A stretch of 64,000 nucleotides of DNA, from the NCBI GenBank assembly GCA_034430775.1, contig DAOUDU010000248.1:144120-208119 (forward strand), read 5' to 3'. This document shows, piece by piece, positions 46,961 to 56,611 of this stretch; position 1 is the stretch's first letter; each line of letters begins with the position of its first letter. This stretch comes from Anaerolineales bacterium (lineage in GTDB: Bacteria; Chloroflexota; Anaerolineae; Anaerolineales; RBG-16-64-43). The notes beneath the pieces are model-generated. The model was not told the origin of the DNA. It ran no database searches and worked only from the letters and a program-made list of their open reading frames with translations. The position numbers and the translations under genes were made by a program.

Positions 46961-48508
46961 TTATTTCGTCGTCAACCCAAATTCGATCGCGTCCGTCAGG
47001 GCGCGCCAGGAAGCTTCGATGATGTTTTCACTCGCGCCGACCGTACTCCAGCGACGGCCGTCGCATTGGGTGTCGATCAGCACCCGGACGATGGCGGCCG
47101 TCCCGCTCGTGGAATCCAGGATGCGCACTTTGTAATCGACCAACTCGAAGAGTTTGATCTGCGGATAGCGCGGCTGCAGCGCTTTGCGCAGCGCGCGGTC
47201 CAATGCGTTTACCGGACCGTTGCCTTCGGCGGCGGTGTGCATGATTTCGTTGCCGACCCGGATCTTGACATTCGCCTCCGACAGCAGGCCCCTTCCCTGG
47301 CGGTGTTCCACCACGCAGAAGAAATCGACCAACTCAAACGGCGGTTTATAGCGCGGATGGTGCCGCTTGAGCATCATCGCCACCGAAGCTTCGGCGGTTT
47401 CGAAAGAGAAGCCCCTGGCTTCCAATTCCTTTATCTCCTTCAGCACCTTGCCGACGGCCTTCTCGTCGACCTGCAACCGGAACTGCTCGATTTTATTCTG
47501 CAGATTGCCCTTCCCGGAAAGCTCGCTGACTACCACCCGCATTTCGTTGCCCACTTGGGCCGGATTGATGTGCTGGTAAGAAAGCGCGTTTCGGCGCATG
47601 GCCGCAACATGAATCCCGCCCTTGTGCGCGAAGGCGGATTTGCCGACAAAGGGGAGGTGCTCGTCCGGTGAAAGATTTGCGATCTCGGCCACGAAATGGG
47701 CCGTTTCGAACAAATACTTAAGCCGGCCCTTCGGAAGGCAGGGTTGGCCCAGTTTTAATTCGATATCCGGGATGATCGAGCACAGGTTGGCGTTTCCGCA
47801 CCGCTCACCGTACCCGTTGATCGTCCCCTGGACATGCACCGCGCCTTCCCGGACCGCCACGAGGGAATTGGCTACACCGCATTCACTGTCGTTATGGGTG
47901 TGGATCCCCAGCCGGCCGCCGATATCGCCGCGGACGGCGCGGAAGATTTCCTCAACCTCCCAGGGCATCACCCCGCCGTTGGTCTCGCAAAGGACCAAAA
48001 CCTCGGCGCCGCCCCGTTGTGCGGCCCGCAGCGTCTCCAAGGCATAGGCGGGATCCGCCTTAAAGCCGTCGAAGAAATGTTCGGCATCGAAGATGACCTG
48101 TTTGCCCTTGGATTTCAGGTAGCCCAGGCTGTCTTCGATCATTCGCAGATTGTTCTCGCGCGAGGTCCGCAGGACCTCGGCAACATGCAGGGTCCAGGAT
48201 TTTCCGACGACGGTGCAGACCGGCGTGCCGGCCTTCAGCAAGGCCTGGATATTCTCATCGTGTTCCGGTTTGCTTCCCGCCCGGCAGGTCGAACCGAAAG
48301 CGGCGATACGGGCCGTCTTCCATCGGATAGCCTTTGCTTTCTCGAAGAATTCGAGATCCTTGGCATTCGACCCCGGCCAGCCGCCTTCGATGTAGGCCAC
48401 GCCCAGCGCATCCAGCTTATGGGCGATCTTGAGCTTGTCATCGCACGTGAAGGATATCCCCTCCCGTTGGGCCCCATCGCGCAGGGTGGTATCGTATATT
48501 TCAACCAT
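46961..48508 (-). CDS. cimA: citramalate synthase (LeuA-related, CimA type)
   Basis: 515 aa. IYDTTLRDGAQREGISF, HTHNDSECGVANSL, and a LeuA-dimer-like C-terminus. Confidence 0.8.
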   Translation of the reverse strand: MVEIYDTTLRDGAQREGISFTCDDKLKIAHKLDALGVAYIEGGWPGSNAKDLEFFEKAKAIRWKTARIAAFGSTCRAGSKPEHDENIQALLKAGTPVCTVVGKSWTLHVAEVLRTSRENNLRMIEDSLGYLKSKGKQVIFDAEHFFDGFKADPAYALETLRAAQRGGAEVLVLCETNGGVMPWEVEEIFRAVRGDIGGRLGIHTHNDSECGVANSLVAVREGAVHVQGTINGYGERCGNANLCSIIPDIELKLGQPCLPKGRLKYLFETAHFVAEIANLSPDEHLPFVGKSAFAHKGGIHVAAMRRNALSYQHINPAQVGNEMRVVVSELSGKGNLQNKIEQFRLQVDEKAVGKVLKEIKELEARGFSFETAEASVAMMLKRHHPRYKPPFELVDFFCVVEHRQGRGLLSEANVKIRVGNEIMHTAAEGNGPVNALDRALRKALQPRYPQIKLFELVDYKVRILDSTSGTAAIVRVLIDTQCDGRRWSTVGASENIIEASWRALTDAIEFGLTTK

Positions 48509-49125
48509 CAGGATCCCTTTCCGGCCGCGGCGAACTCCAGGTCATGGCGGTCTTCGAAGGCCTGGATCTGCGGCAGAAACCCCGCCAGGTAATCCAATTC
48601 GTCCATCCCTTTCACAAGGCATGTTTTCGAAAACGAATCCACCGTAAACGCGGCTTCCACACCACCCGGCAGGAGGACCTTCTGATTCTCCAGGTCGATG
48701 GTGACCGGCGCCGCCGGGGCTTCTTCGACCAGATCGGCCAGGCTTTTATGGATCGATTCCTCCACGACCACCGGCAAGATTCCGTTCTTGAGCGCGTTGC
48801 TGCGGAAGATATCCGCAAACGATGTGCTGATGACGGCCCGGATACCGCCCGAGCGCAGCGCCCAGGGGGCATGTTCGCGTGAGGAGCCGCAGCCGAAATT
48901 ATCTCCCGCCAGAAGGATACTCGCCCCTTGGTATTCCGGTTTGTTCATCGCAAATTCCGGATTCGGTTTCCCGTCCGGGAGGTAGCGCCAGTTGGAGAAC
49001 AACCCTTCGGCCAATCCGGCCTTGTCGGTCACCTTAAGGTAACGGGCCGGGATGATCTGGTCGGTATCCACATTGTTAACCAGCAGCGGGATGATCTTCG
49101 AGGTAATGGTCCGTATCGGTTCCAC
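48508..49125 (-). CDS. leuD: 3-isopropylmalate dehydratase small subunit
   Basis: GDNFGCGSSREHAPWAL. Confidence 0.92.
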   Translation of the reverse strand: MEPIRTITSKIIPLLVNNVDTDQIIPARYLKVTDKAGLAEGLFSNWRYLPDGKPNPEFAMNKPEYQGASILLAGDNFGCGSSREHAPWALRSGGIRAVISTSFADIFRSNALKNGILPVVVEESIHKSLADLVEEAPAAPVTIDLENQKVLLPGGVEAAFTVDSFSKTCLVKGMDELDYLAGFLPQIQAFEDRHDLEFAAAGKGS

Positions 49126-50543
49126 TAGTCACTCTCCGTAAGCATCGTCCGCGGATCGGCGACAGCGCCCGTGACCGCGGCGGCGGCCGCCGTGATGGGG
49201 CTGGCGAGCATTGTCCGTCCGCCTTTTCCCTGTCGGCCTTCGAAGTTGCGGTTGCTGGTGCTGACCGCGTACTGGCCGGGTTGCAGGTGGTCGCCGTTCA
49301 TGGCGATGCACATACTGCATCCGGAGAATCGCCATTCGGCGCCGCTCTCGCGGAAGATCCGGTCCAACCCTTCGGCTTCCGCGTTCCGGCGCACCTTCTC
49401 GGAACCCGGGACGACCAGCACCCGTACCCCCGGCGCGACTTTTCGACCGCGGAATATTTTTGCCGCCGCCCGCAGGTCCGAGATCCGGCCATTGGTGCAC
49501 GAGCCGATGAAGACCACGTTCACCTTCTTGCCGATCATCGCCTCTCCGGGAGTGAACTGCATATACCCCAGCGCCTTTTCCAGCCCTGACCGCTTAAGCG
49601 GATCCGCTTCCGCGGCGGGATCCGGGATCCTTCCCGTGACGGGAATCCCCATCGCGGGATTTGTGCCGAAAGTGATCATCGGCTGGAGGGCTGATGCATT
49701 AATTTCCACGGTGCGGTCGAACGGCGCGCCCGGATCGGAAACAAGCTTACGCCAGCGTGCGAGAGCCGCATTCCAGTCGGCGCCCTTCGGCGCCAGTTCT
49801 CTGCCGTAAAGAAAAGCGAAGGTAGTTTCGTCCGGCGCGACCAATCCCGCGCGGGCGCCGCCCTCAATCGACATATTGCACAGCGTCATGCGGCCTTCCA
49901 TATCGAGCCCGGTTACGGCCGGACCGGCGTATTCAAAGACCTGCCCGGTGCCGCCCCCCACCCCGATCTGCGCGATCAATCCAAGGATCATATCCTTGGC
50001 CGTCACGCCCGGTCCGAGTTTTCCGCGGAAATTCACCCGTGTCCGTTCCGGGCGGTTCTGCAACAGGCATTGGGTGGCAAGGACTTGTTCCACTTCGCTT
50101 GTTCCGATCCCGAAAGCCAGCGCACCGAACGCGCCGTGAGTCGCCGTGTGGCTGTCGCCGCACACGATCGTCATGCCGGGCTGGGTTGCCCCCATTTCCG
50201 GCCCGATGATGTGAACGATGCCCCGGCCGGGATCATCCATCTTCAGGCAGCGGATGCCGAACGCGCGGCAGTTGGATTCCAGCTGCTGCAGCTGTTTGAC
50301 GGCGGCGTCGTCCGCGCCCGCCAGAGTCAGACTCGTGGTCGGTATCGAGTGATCCATCGTCGCCAATGTCCGGTCCGGCCGGCGGACTTTCCAGCCGCGG
50401 ACGCGTAAATCTGCAAACGCCTGCGGCGAGGTCACCTCGTGCACCATATGCAGATCGATATACAGCACGGACGGATGGCCAAGTTCCTGCCGGACCAGAT
50501 GGCTGTTCCAGATCTTATCGAAAACGGTTGTCGGTTCGCTCAT
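49125..50543 (-). CDS. leuC: 3-isopropylmalate dehydratase large subunit
   Basis: Motifs [33 protein letters not shown] and [12 protein letters not shown]. Confidence 0.93.
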   Translation of the reverse strand: MSEPTTVFDKIWNSHLVRQELGHPSVLYIDLHMVHEVTSPQAFADLRVRGWKVRRPDRTLATMDHSIPTTSLTLAGADDAAVKQLQQLESNCRAFGIRCLKMDDPGRGIVHIIGPEMGATQPGMTIVCGDSHTATHGAFGALAFGIGTSEVEQVLATQCLLQNRPERTRVNFRGKLGPGVTAKDMILGLIAQIGVGGGTGQVFEYAGPAVTGLDMEGRMTLCNMSIEGGARAGLVAPDETTFAFLYGRELAPKGADWNAALARWRKLVSDPGAPFDRTVEINASALQPMITFGTNPAMGIPVTGRIPDPAAEADPLKRSGLEKALGYMQFTPGEAMIGKKVNVVFIGSCTNGRISDLRAAAKIFRGRKVAPGVRVLVVPGSEKVRRNAEAEGLDRIFRESGAEWRFSGCSMCIAMNGDHLQPGQYAVSTSNRNFEGRQGKGGRTMLASPITAAAAAVTGAVADPRTMLTESD

Positions 50544-51241
50544 GTCTCTTTTCCCGCCGTATATTTATGCCCGCCATAGATCGCATAATTGGTCCGCTGC
50601 CAGTGGCAGCCGACATCCACGAAACCGGCCCGGCGCAACCATTCCAGCTGATCTTCCACACAGGCGGGGATGTCTTCAGCTTGATACCGCTCCATGCAGG
50701 CCGCGTCATCCTCGCCCATCGAGCGGATATACTGGCGCCACAGGCGGATGTAGATTTCGTCCAACCGGTCGGTTGCCCCTTTGATAACGTCTCGGTTGAG
50801 GAACACCCCGCCCGGATTAAGGGCCAGGTATACTCTCCGGAACAACGCCTGCTTGTGCGGATTCGGCAGATGGTGGATCGACAGCCCGGAAAGGACCAGG
50901 TCGTACCCGGTCCCGAAATCATCTTTAGCAAAATCCCCCTTCATATACGTGATCCGGTTTTCGTATTTTTTCAACCGCTCCCGCGCGGCGGCCAGCATGT
51001 TTTCCGACAGGTCGAATACGCTGACTTCTGCCAGCGGGTAGCGGTGCAGGATTCCCTCCGCCAGCACGCCGGTGCCCGCGCCGAGATCCAATCCACACAC
51101 CCGGTCGGATCCTTCGAAGGGCAGCAGCTCCATCATCATCTCGTTTTGTTCCCGGTAATAGGGGACGAATTTGACGATGTGGTTGTCGTAATCCGATGCA
51201 TCCTCGTCGAAGTGATCCTTCACCCGCTGAAGCTGCATCAT
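50540..51241 (-). CDS. class I SAM-dependent methyltransferase embedded between leuA and leuC
   Basis: Motif [14 protein letters not shown] and post-[14 protein letters not shown] overlaps occur at both ends: with the leuA stop at 51238-51241 and with the leuC start at 50540-50543. Confidence 0.85.
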   Translation of the reverse strand: MMQLQRVKDHFDEDASDYDNHIVKFVPYYREQNEMMMELLPFEGSDRVCGLDLGAGTGVLAEGILHRYPLAEVSVFDLSENMLAAARERLKKYENRITYMKGDFAKDDFGTGYDLVLSGLSIHHLPNPHKQALFRRVYLALNPGGVFLNRDVIKGATDRLDEIYIRLWRQYIRSMGEDDAACMERYQAEDIPACVEDQLEWLRRAGFVDVGCHWQRTNYAIYGGHKYTAGKET

Positions 51242-52899
51242 GGCTTGGCCTGACTTTTTGGCGCGGCCGCCGGCGCCCGGCCGGATGCGATCAGCAGTTT
51301 GTTGATCGCGCTGAGGTAGGCCTTGGCGCTGGCAACGATAATATCGGTATCCGCACCGTGCCCGCCGAAGGAGCGTAATTTTTTCCGTCCGTTCTGCGCT
51401 GTCTCCCGCGGCGCGAGTGCTTCATCCTTGGATTCCAAACGCACGGTCACCTCGCCGATCGCGTCGATTCCTTCGGTGATGGCGCGGATGGAGAATTCCT
51501 CGAGTGAGTTGGGCGCCTGGATGATCCCGTCGATCGCTTTATAGGCCGCATCCACCGGCCCGGTGCCGGTTGACGCCTGGACCTGAAGCGTGCCGTCGGG
51601 GCAGCGCAGTCTGACCGTTGCGGTGGGCATCCCCATTGTTCCGCACGCCACCTGCAGCCCATCCAGGGCGAAAATTTCCCGCGCCTGATAGATCTGATCC
51701 GCGACCAGCGCTTCCAGATCGGCGTCGGTAATGGTCTTTTTTTTGTCGGCCAATTCCTTGAAGCGTTCGAAGGCCCGATCGAGTTCCTCGGTGGACAGTT
51801 CGTGCCCCAGTTCACTCAGCCGCACGCGCAGCGCATGCCGGCCGGAGTGTTTCCCCATTACCAAGTTGGATTGCGATAAGCCGATCATCTCTGGCTGCAT
51901 GATCTCGTACGTGGTGTGATGCTTTAGCATCCCGTCCTGATGAATCCCCGCTTCATGCGCGAAGGCATTCGCCCCGACGATGGCCTTATTGGGCTGGACC
52001 GGTATGCCGGTATACGTGGAAACCATATGGCTGACGCGCGCGATCTGGGTGGTGTCGATTCCGGTTGTCAGGTTGTACAGGCTGCGCCGGGTGTGCAGCG
52101 CCATAACCACTTCCTCGATTGATGCGTTGCCGGCCCGTTCCCCGATCCCGTTGATCGTTCCTTCCACCTGGCGCGCGCCGGCCTTCAACCCGGCCAACGT
52201 GTTGGCGGTGGCCATGCCCAGGTCGTTGTGGCAATGCATGGATACGATTGCCCGCTCGATCCCCTTGGTGTTCTTGATAATCCCCGCAATCAGTTTGCCC
52301 CACTCTTCCGGATCGGTATACCCGACCGTGTCGGGGATGTTCAACGTGGTGGCACCGCATTCGATGGCCAGCGCGAGGACGGTATATAGGAACTCCGGCT
52401 CGCTGCGGCCCGCATCTTCAGGCGAAAATTCCACATCCTCGCAAAAGGACCGGGCGTACGTGACCATTTCTCGAACGCGCCGGACGACTTGCTCGGGTTC
52501 CATCTTCAGCTTGTATTGCATGTGGATCGGCGAGGTGGCGATGAATGTATGGATCCGCGGACGCGCTGCATGGCGCACCGCCTCCCAGGCCGCATCGATG
52601 TCGGATTTGGTTGTGCGCGCCAGACCGCAGATTATCGGCGGCTGCCGCTGCGTCTTGGTGTGCTCGGCATTGGAATCCTCATTCCGCGCCTGCGGGCTGT
52701 TGCCGACTTCGATCGCGATCCGGCGGACGGCTTCCAAGTCGTCCGGGGAAGCCGCCGGGAAGCCCGCCTCGATGACGTCGATACCCATACGGGCAAGGGC
52801 GCGGGCGATTTCCACCTTCTCACCGGAGGATAAGCTAGCGCCGGGGGATTGCTCGCCGTCGCGCAGTGTCGTATCAAAAATCCTCACATAGTTATCCAT
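51238..52899 (-). CDS. leuA: 2-isopropylmalate synthase
   Basis: [33 protein letters not shown], and a C-terminal LeuA allosteric domain. Confidence 0.92.
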   Translation of the reverse strand: MDNYVRIFDTTLRDGEQSPGASLSSGEKVEIARALARMGIDVIEAGFPAASPDDLEAVRRIAIEVGNSPQARNEDSNAEHTKTQRQPPIICGLARTTKSDIDAAWEAVRHAARPRIHTFIATSPIHMQYKLKMEPEQVVRRVREMVTYARSFCEDVEFSPEDAGRSEPEFLYTVLALAIECGATTLNIPDTVGYTDPEEWGKLIAGIIKNTKGIERAIVSMHCHNDLGMATANTLAGLKAGARQVEGTINGIGERAGNASIEEVVMALHTRRSLYNLTTGIDTTQIARVSHMVSTYTGIPVQPNKAIVGANAFAHEAGIHQDGMLKHHTTYEIMQPEMIGLSQSNLVMGKHSGRHALRVRLSELGHELSTEELDRAFERFKELADKKKTITDADLEALVADQIYQAREIFALDGLQVACGTMGMPTATVRLRCPDGTLQVQASTGTGPVDAAYKAIDGIIQAPNSLEEFSIRAITEGIDAIGEVTVRLESKDEALAPRETAQNGRKKLRSFGGHGADTDIIVASAKAYLSAINKLLIASGRAPAAAPKSQAKP

Positions 52900-52973
52900 G
52901 CTTACTCCTCTATATCGCCTATCGCTCTGGCTCCATGCCCGTACTGCACAGTTATTCGAAACAGGTACAACAT

Positions 52974-53109
52974 GTCATTGTGAGCGACCCCTTCGCTGCG
53001 CTTGGGACAGGTTACGGGAGCGAAATAATCTTCTTCTCACAAGAAGAGGAGGATTGCTTCGTCGCCCGGGAGCATGAAAAACATATGCTCCCGGGCTCCT
53101 CGCAATGAC
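52974..53109. repeat. 136-bp nested-palindrome (MITE-like) element filling the ilvC-leuA spacer
   Basis: Termini are GTCATTGTGAG ... CTCGCAATGAC. An internal perfect 11-bp hairpin is CCCGGGAGCAT-9 nt-ATGCTCCCGGG (53065-53095), with a second hairpin CTTCTTctcacAAGAAG. Confidence 0.6.
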
Positions 53110-53125
53110 ATATACGTCCGCTTTT

Positions 53126-54190
53126 TTACTTCTTCTTCCAGTTTTCCGGCCGCAAAGAGCGCACTGCGGCGCCGGCCCGCCACATTTCGGATTCGCGCAT
53201 CGCTTTGAGTTCCGCGTCCAATTTCTTGCGGTAGTCCTTGGCGCTGTTGGCTTCGAGTACGATCCGGGTCTGTTCGCCCGAGATGACGCTTTCATAAAGC
53301 CAGTCGAATACCGGCTCAACCGCCTTGCGGAACTGGTGACGCCAATCCAGCGCGCCGCGCTGGGCGGTCGTTGAGCAGTTGGCATACATCCAGTCCATGC
53401 CGTTCTTATCGACCAGGCGGATCAGACTCTGGGTCAGCTCTTCGACCGTTTCGTTGAAGGCCTCCGACGGGGAATGGCCATGCTTGCGCAACAGGTTGTA
53501 TTGCGCTTCCATGATCCCGGCCAGGGCGCCCATCAGCACACCGCGCTCGCCGGTCAGGTCGGAATGGACTTCCTTGGCAAACGTGGTCGGAAACAGGTAG
53601 CCGGAGCCGATCGCGATCCCGAGTGCCAGGGTCCGTTCCTGCGCGCGTCCGGTCGCATCCTGAAAGACCGCGAAGGAGCTGTTGATCCCCGATCCGGCCA
53701 GGAAATTTGTACGGACGCTCGCCCCGGATCCTTTCGGCGCCACCATGATCACATCGACGTAATCCGGCGGCACAACACCCGTCTGTTCCTTGTACACGAT
53801 CGAGAAGCCGTGCGAAAAATACAGTGCATCGCCCTTCTTGAGATTCGCCTTCACCTTCGGCCAGAGGATCTTCTGCGCCGCATCGGAAACCAGGTATTGG
53901 ATAATCGTCCCGCGCTGAACGGCTTCCTCGATCGTGAAGAGTGTCTTGCCGGGCACCCAGCCGTCCTTGACCGCTTTATCCCAATAGAACTTGTCTTCCT
54001 TGGCCTGGCCGATGATGACGTTGATCCCGTTGTCCTTCATGTTCATTGCCTGGGCCGGCCCCTGCACACCGTAACCCAGAACCGCTATCGTTTCGTTGCG
54101 CAGCGCCTGCTTGGCTTTGCTGAGCGGGAACTCGTCGCGCATCACAACTTGTTCCACCACTCCGCCGAAATTGATCTTTGCCATGTTCAT
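53126..54190 (-). CDS. ilvC: ketol-acid reductoisomerase
   Basis: IAVLGYGVQGPAQAMNMKDNGINVIIG. Confidence 0.93.
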   Translation of the reverse strand: MNMAKINFGGVVEQVVMRDEFPLSKAKQALRNETIAVLGYGVQGPAQAMNMKDNGINVIIGQAKEDKFYWDKAVKDGWVPGKTLFTIEEAVQRGTIIQYLVSDAAQKILWPKVKANLKKGDALYFSHGFSIVYKEQTGVVPPDYVDVIMVAPKGSGASVRTNFLAGSGINSSFAVFQDATGRAQERTLALGIAIGSGYLFPTTFAKEVHSDLTGERGVLMGALAGIMEAQYNLLRKHGHSPSEAFNETVEELTQSLIRLVDKNGMDWMYANCSTTAQRGALDWRHQFRKAVEPVFDWLYESVISGEQTRIVLEANSAKDYRKKLDAELKAMRESEMWRAGAAVRSLRPENWKKK

Positions 54191-54253
54191 GTCTCCTTTT
54201 CGATGAATGTGATCCCCGCCGTTGCGGGAAAAGGATTGATGGGCTGACCGCCG

Positions 54254-54775
54254 CTAGGCCGGCTTGGCTTCCATGCCGGGCGTATGCCTGACTCCGGTAG
54301 CGCCGCCGCGCAGCATGGCCACCTGGCCGGCGCGCACCATCTCGACGATGCCGAACGGGCGCAGCAGTTCGTTCAAGCTTTCGATCTTATCCTCGGTGCC
54401 GGTGATTTCCAGGATCAAACTCTCCGGCGCCACGTCGACGACCCGGGCGCGGAAGATCTCCGCCAGAGCCGTGATTTCGGCCCGTTGGCTGGTCTGGGCC
54501 TTAACCTTGATCAGCGCCAAATCGCGGGCAATGGCCGGCTGACCGGTGACATCCTGGACATCAATGATGTTCACCAGCTTGACCAGATTGGCTTCGATCC
54601 GGGCTGTTTCGACCGGTTCGCCCTCGATGACGATGGTCATGCGGGAGATTTCCGGATTTTCGGTGCGGCCGACAGCCAGGCTTTCGATGTTAAAGTTCCT
54701 GCGGCGGAAGAGCGATGCCACCCGGTTCAACACGCCGGGCCGGTTTTCCACCAGTGCGATCAGTGTATGTTGCAT
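54254..54775 (-). CDS. ilvN: acetolactate synthase small (regulatory) subunit
   Basis: ACT domain start HTLIALVENRPGVLNRVASLFRRRNFNIESLAVG. Confidence 0.92.
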   Translation of the reverse strand: MQHTLIALVENRPGVLNRVASLFRRRNFNIESLAVGRTENPEISRMTIVIEGEPVETARIEANLVKLVNIIDVQDVTGQPAIARDLALIKVKAQTSQRAEITALAEIFRARVVDVAPESLILEITGTEDKIESLNELLRPFGIVEMVRAGQVAMLRGGATGVRHTPGMEAKPA

Positions 54776-54785
54776 CGGGGCCTCC

Positions 54786-56486
54786 CTATTCCTTTCCTTC
54801 CGGAGCCGGACGTCGGATCATCTGGTGCAGGTCCGCGCCGGTTGGGACCATCGGGTACACGGCCTCCTCCTGCTCCACATGGAAGTCGAGCAAGACCGGG
54901 CCGGGCGTTTTGCGTGCGAATTCGACCGCGGAATGGATCTCGCTGGATTTCATGACTTTGCGAGTCGGGATTCCATGCGCTTCGGCGATCTTCCCAAAAT
55001 CCGGATTCTGCAATTGCACCGCCGAGTAGCGCTTCTCGAAGAAGAACTCCTGCCACTGACGGACCATGCCCAGGAAGTGATTGTTCATAATGGCGATCTT
55101 AATCTCGATGTTTTCCTGGACTGCGGTGGAAAGTTCCGCCTGGGTCATCTGGAACCCGCCGTCGCCGATGACCGCCCACACCTCGCGGTCGGGTTTGGCG
55201 AACTTGGCGCCGATCGCGGCCGGCAAGCCAAACCCCATGCTGCCGGCTCCGCCGGAGGTAAGGAAGCTGTTGGGCTGCTCCGGCTGGTAATACTGCGCGG
55301 TCCACATCTGATGCTGGCCGACGTCCGTCACCATCAGCGCTTCGCCCTTGGTAACCTTCCAGATATCACTGATGATCTGCGGCACGTGCAGTTTGCCGTT
55401 GGTCCCCGGCTGCCCCATGATGTCGCGCTGGTCGGTTTCCTTCCGCCATTCGGTGATCTGGTTCAGCCAGTCATCATGACGCGCGTTGGGGATCTGCGGA
55501 TCGAGATCCGCCAAAACGGTTTTCGCATCGCCCACCAACGATACGTCCGCCATCACGATTTTGTTGATTTCGGTCGGATCGATATCGATGTGGATTTTCG
55601 CCGCGTTGGGCGCATAGGTTCGCAAGTTGCCGGTCACCCGGTCGTCGAAGCGCATGCCCAGCGCAATGATCAGATCGGATTCCTGGATGGCCAGGTTGCA
55701 GAAAGCTTCACCGTGCATGCCCATCATCCCCAGCGAGAGTGGATGGGAGGATGGGATCGCACCGAGACTTAAGAGGGTCATGGCCACCGGGATGTTGGTC
55801 CGCTCGGCGAACTTCTGGACTTCTTTTGACGCCCCGGAGATCTCCACGCCGTGCCCGGCGAAGATCACCGGTTTCTTGGCATTGCGGATCAGTTCCGCCG
55901 CGCGTCCCAATTTTTCGGGGGCGGCATGCTGCGGCGGGTGATATCCGAGCAGGCGCATCTCCGGCGGATCGAACTTTTCCGTTTTGGCGATCTGGGCGTC
56001 CTTGCAGAAATCGATCAACACCGGCCCCGGGCGCCCGCTGCGGGCGATGTAGAATGCATCGCGAACCGTTTCCGCCACCTCGTCCGGTGAGGTGATCAGA
56101 AAGTTATGCTTGGTGATCGGCAGGGTGATGCCGGTCATATCTACTTCCTGGAACGCATCCGATCCGAGCAGGTTACTCGCCACCTGGCCGGTGATGAACA
56201 CGACCGGCGAAGAATCCATGGAGGCGATGTGGATCCCGGTGACCAGATTGGTCGCGCCCGGGCCGGAAGTGGCGATGGCCACCCCGACCTTTCCTGAGGC
56301 GCGTGCGTACCCATCGGCCATTATCGCCGCACCCTCTTCATGTCGGGCGAGGACGAAATGCAGTTTGGGGTAATTGAGCATGGCATCAAACGCCGGGATG
56401 ACCGCTCCACCCGGAATGCCAAACAACACATCCACACCCTCCCGGATTACGGATTCCCACAGAACTTCGGCACCTGTCTTTTTCAT
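54786..56486 (-). CDS. ilvB: acetolactate synthase large subunit
   Basis: ATG 56486 has AAGGAGAA upstream. Motifs GIPGGAVIP, GPGATNLVTGI and GSMGFGLPAAIGA...GDGGFQM. Confidence 0.92.
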   Translation of the reverse strand: MKKTGAEVLWESVIREGVDVLFGIPGGAVIPAFDAMLNYPKLHFVLARHEEGAAIMADGYARASGKVGVAIATSGPGATNLVTGIHIASMDSSPVVFITGQVASNLLGSDAFQEVDMTGITLPITKHNFLITSPDEVAETVRDAFYIARSGRPGPVLIDFCKDAQIAKTEKFDPPEMRLLGYHPPQHAAPEKLGRAAELIRNAKKPVIFAGHGVEISGASKEVQKFAERTNIPVAMTLLSLGAIPSSHPLSLGMMGMHGEAFCNLAIQESDLIIALGMRFDDRVTGNLRTYAPNAAKIHIDIDPTEINKIVMADVSLVGDAKTVLADLDPQIPNARHDDWLNQITEWRKETDQRDIMGQPGTNGKLHVPQIISDIWKVTKGEALMVTDVGQHQMWTAQYYQPEQPNSFLTSGGAGSMGFGLPAAIGAKFAKPDREVWAVIGDGGFQMTQAELSTAVQENIEIKIAIMNNHFLGMVRQWQEFFFEKRYSAVQLQNPDFGKIAEAHGIPTRKVMKSSEIHSAVEFARKTPGPVLLDFHVEQEEAVYPMVPTGADLHQMIRRPAPEGKE

Positions 56487-56492
56487 CTCGCT

Positions 56493-56611
56493 TCTCCTTG
56501 TTCCCCGCTCCTCTCGCCTTCCCTCACCCCCTTCCCCTCCCCCTTCTCCTGACATACGCCAGTAAACGGGGGAGGAGTTGGGGCGGAGATGTGGAAAGGA
56601 TGGGAGGGGGG
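56493..56611. repeat. family-3 pyrimidine/purine-arm hairpin, copy B (intercistronic ilvD-ilvB)
   Basis: C/T-rich arm CCCCCTTCCCCTCCCCCTTCTCC and G/A-rich arm TAAACGGGGGAGGAGTTGGGGCGGAG...GGGAGGGGGG. Confidence 0.55.

Noticed and set aside
52900-53125. Leu-rich leader peptide for leuA: minus-strand ORF MSLRGAREHMFFMLPGDEAILLFL inside the ilvC-leuA spacer.
   Set aside because: It has only a short ILLFL tail and no downstream terminator/antiterminator. The ORF is generated by the palindromic repeat element itself.
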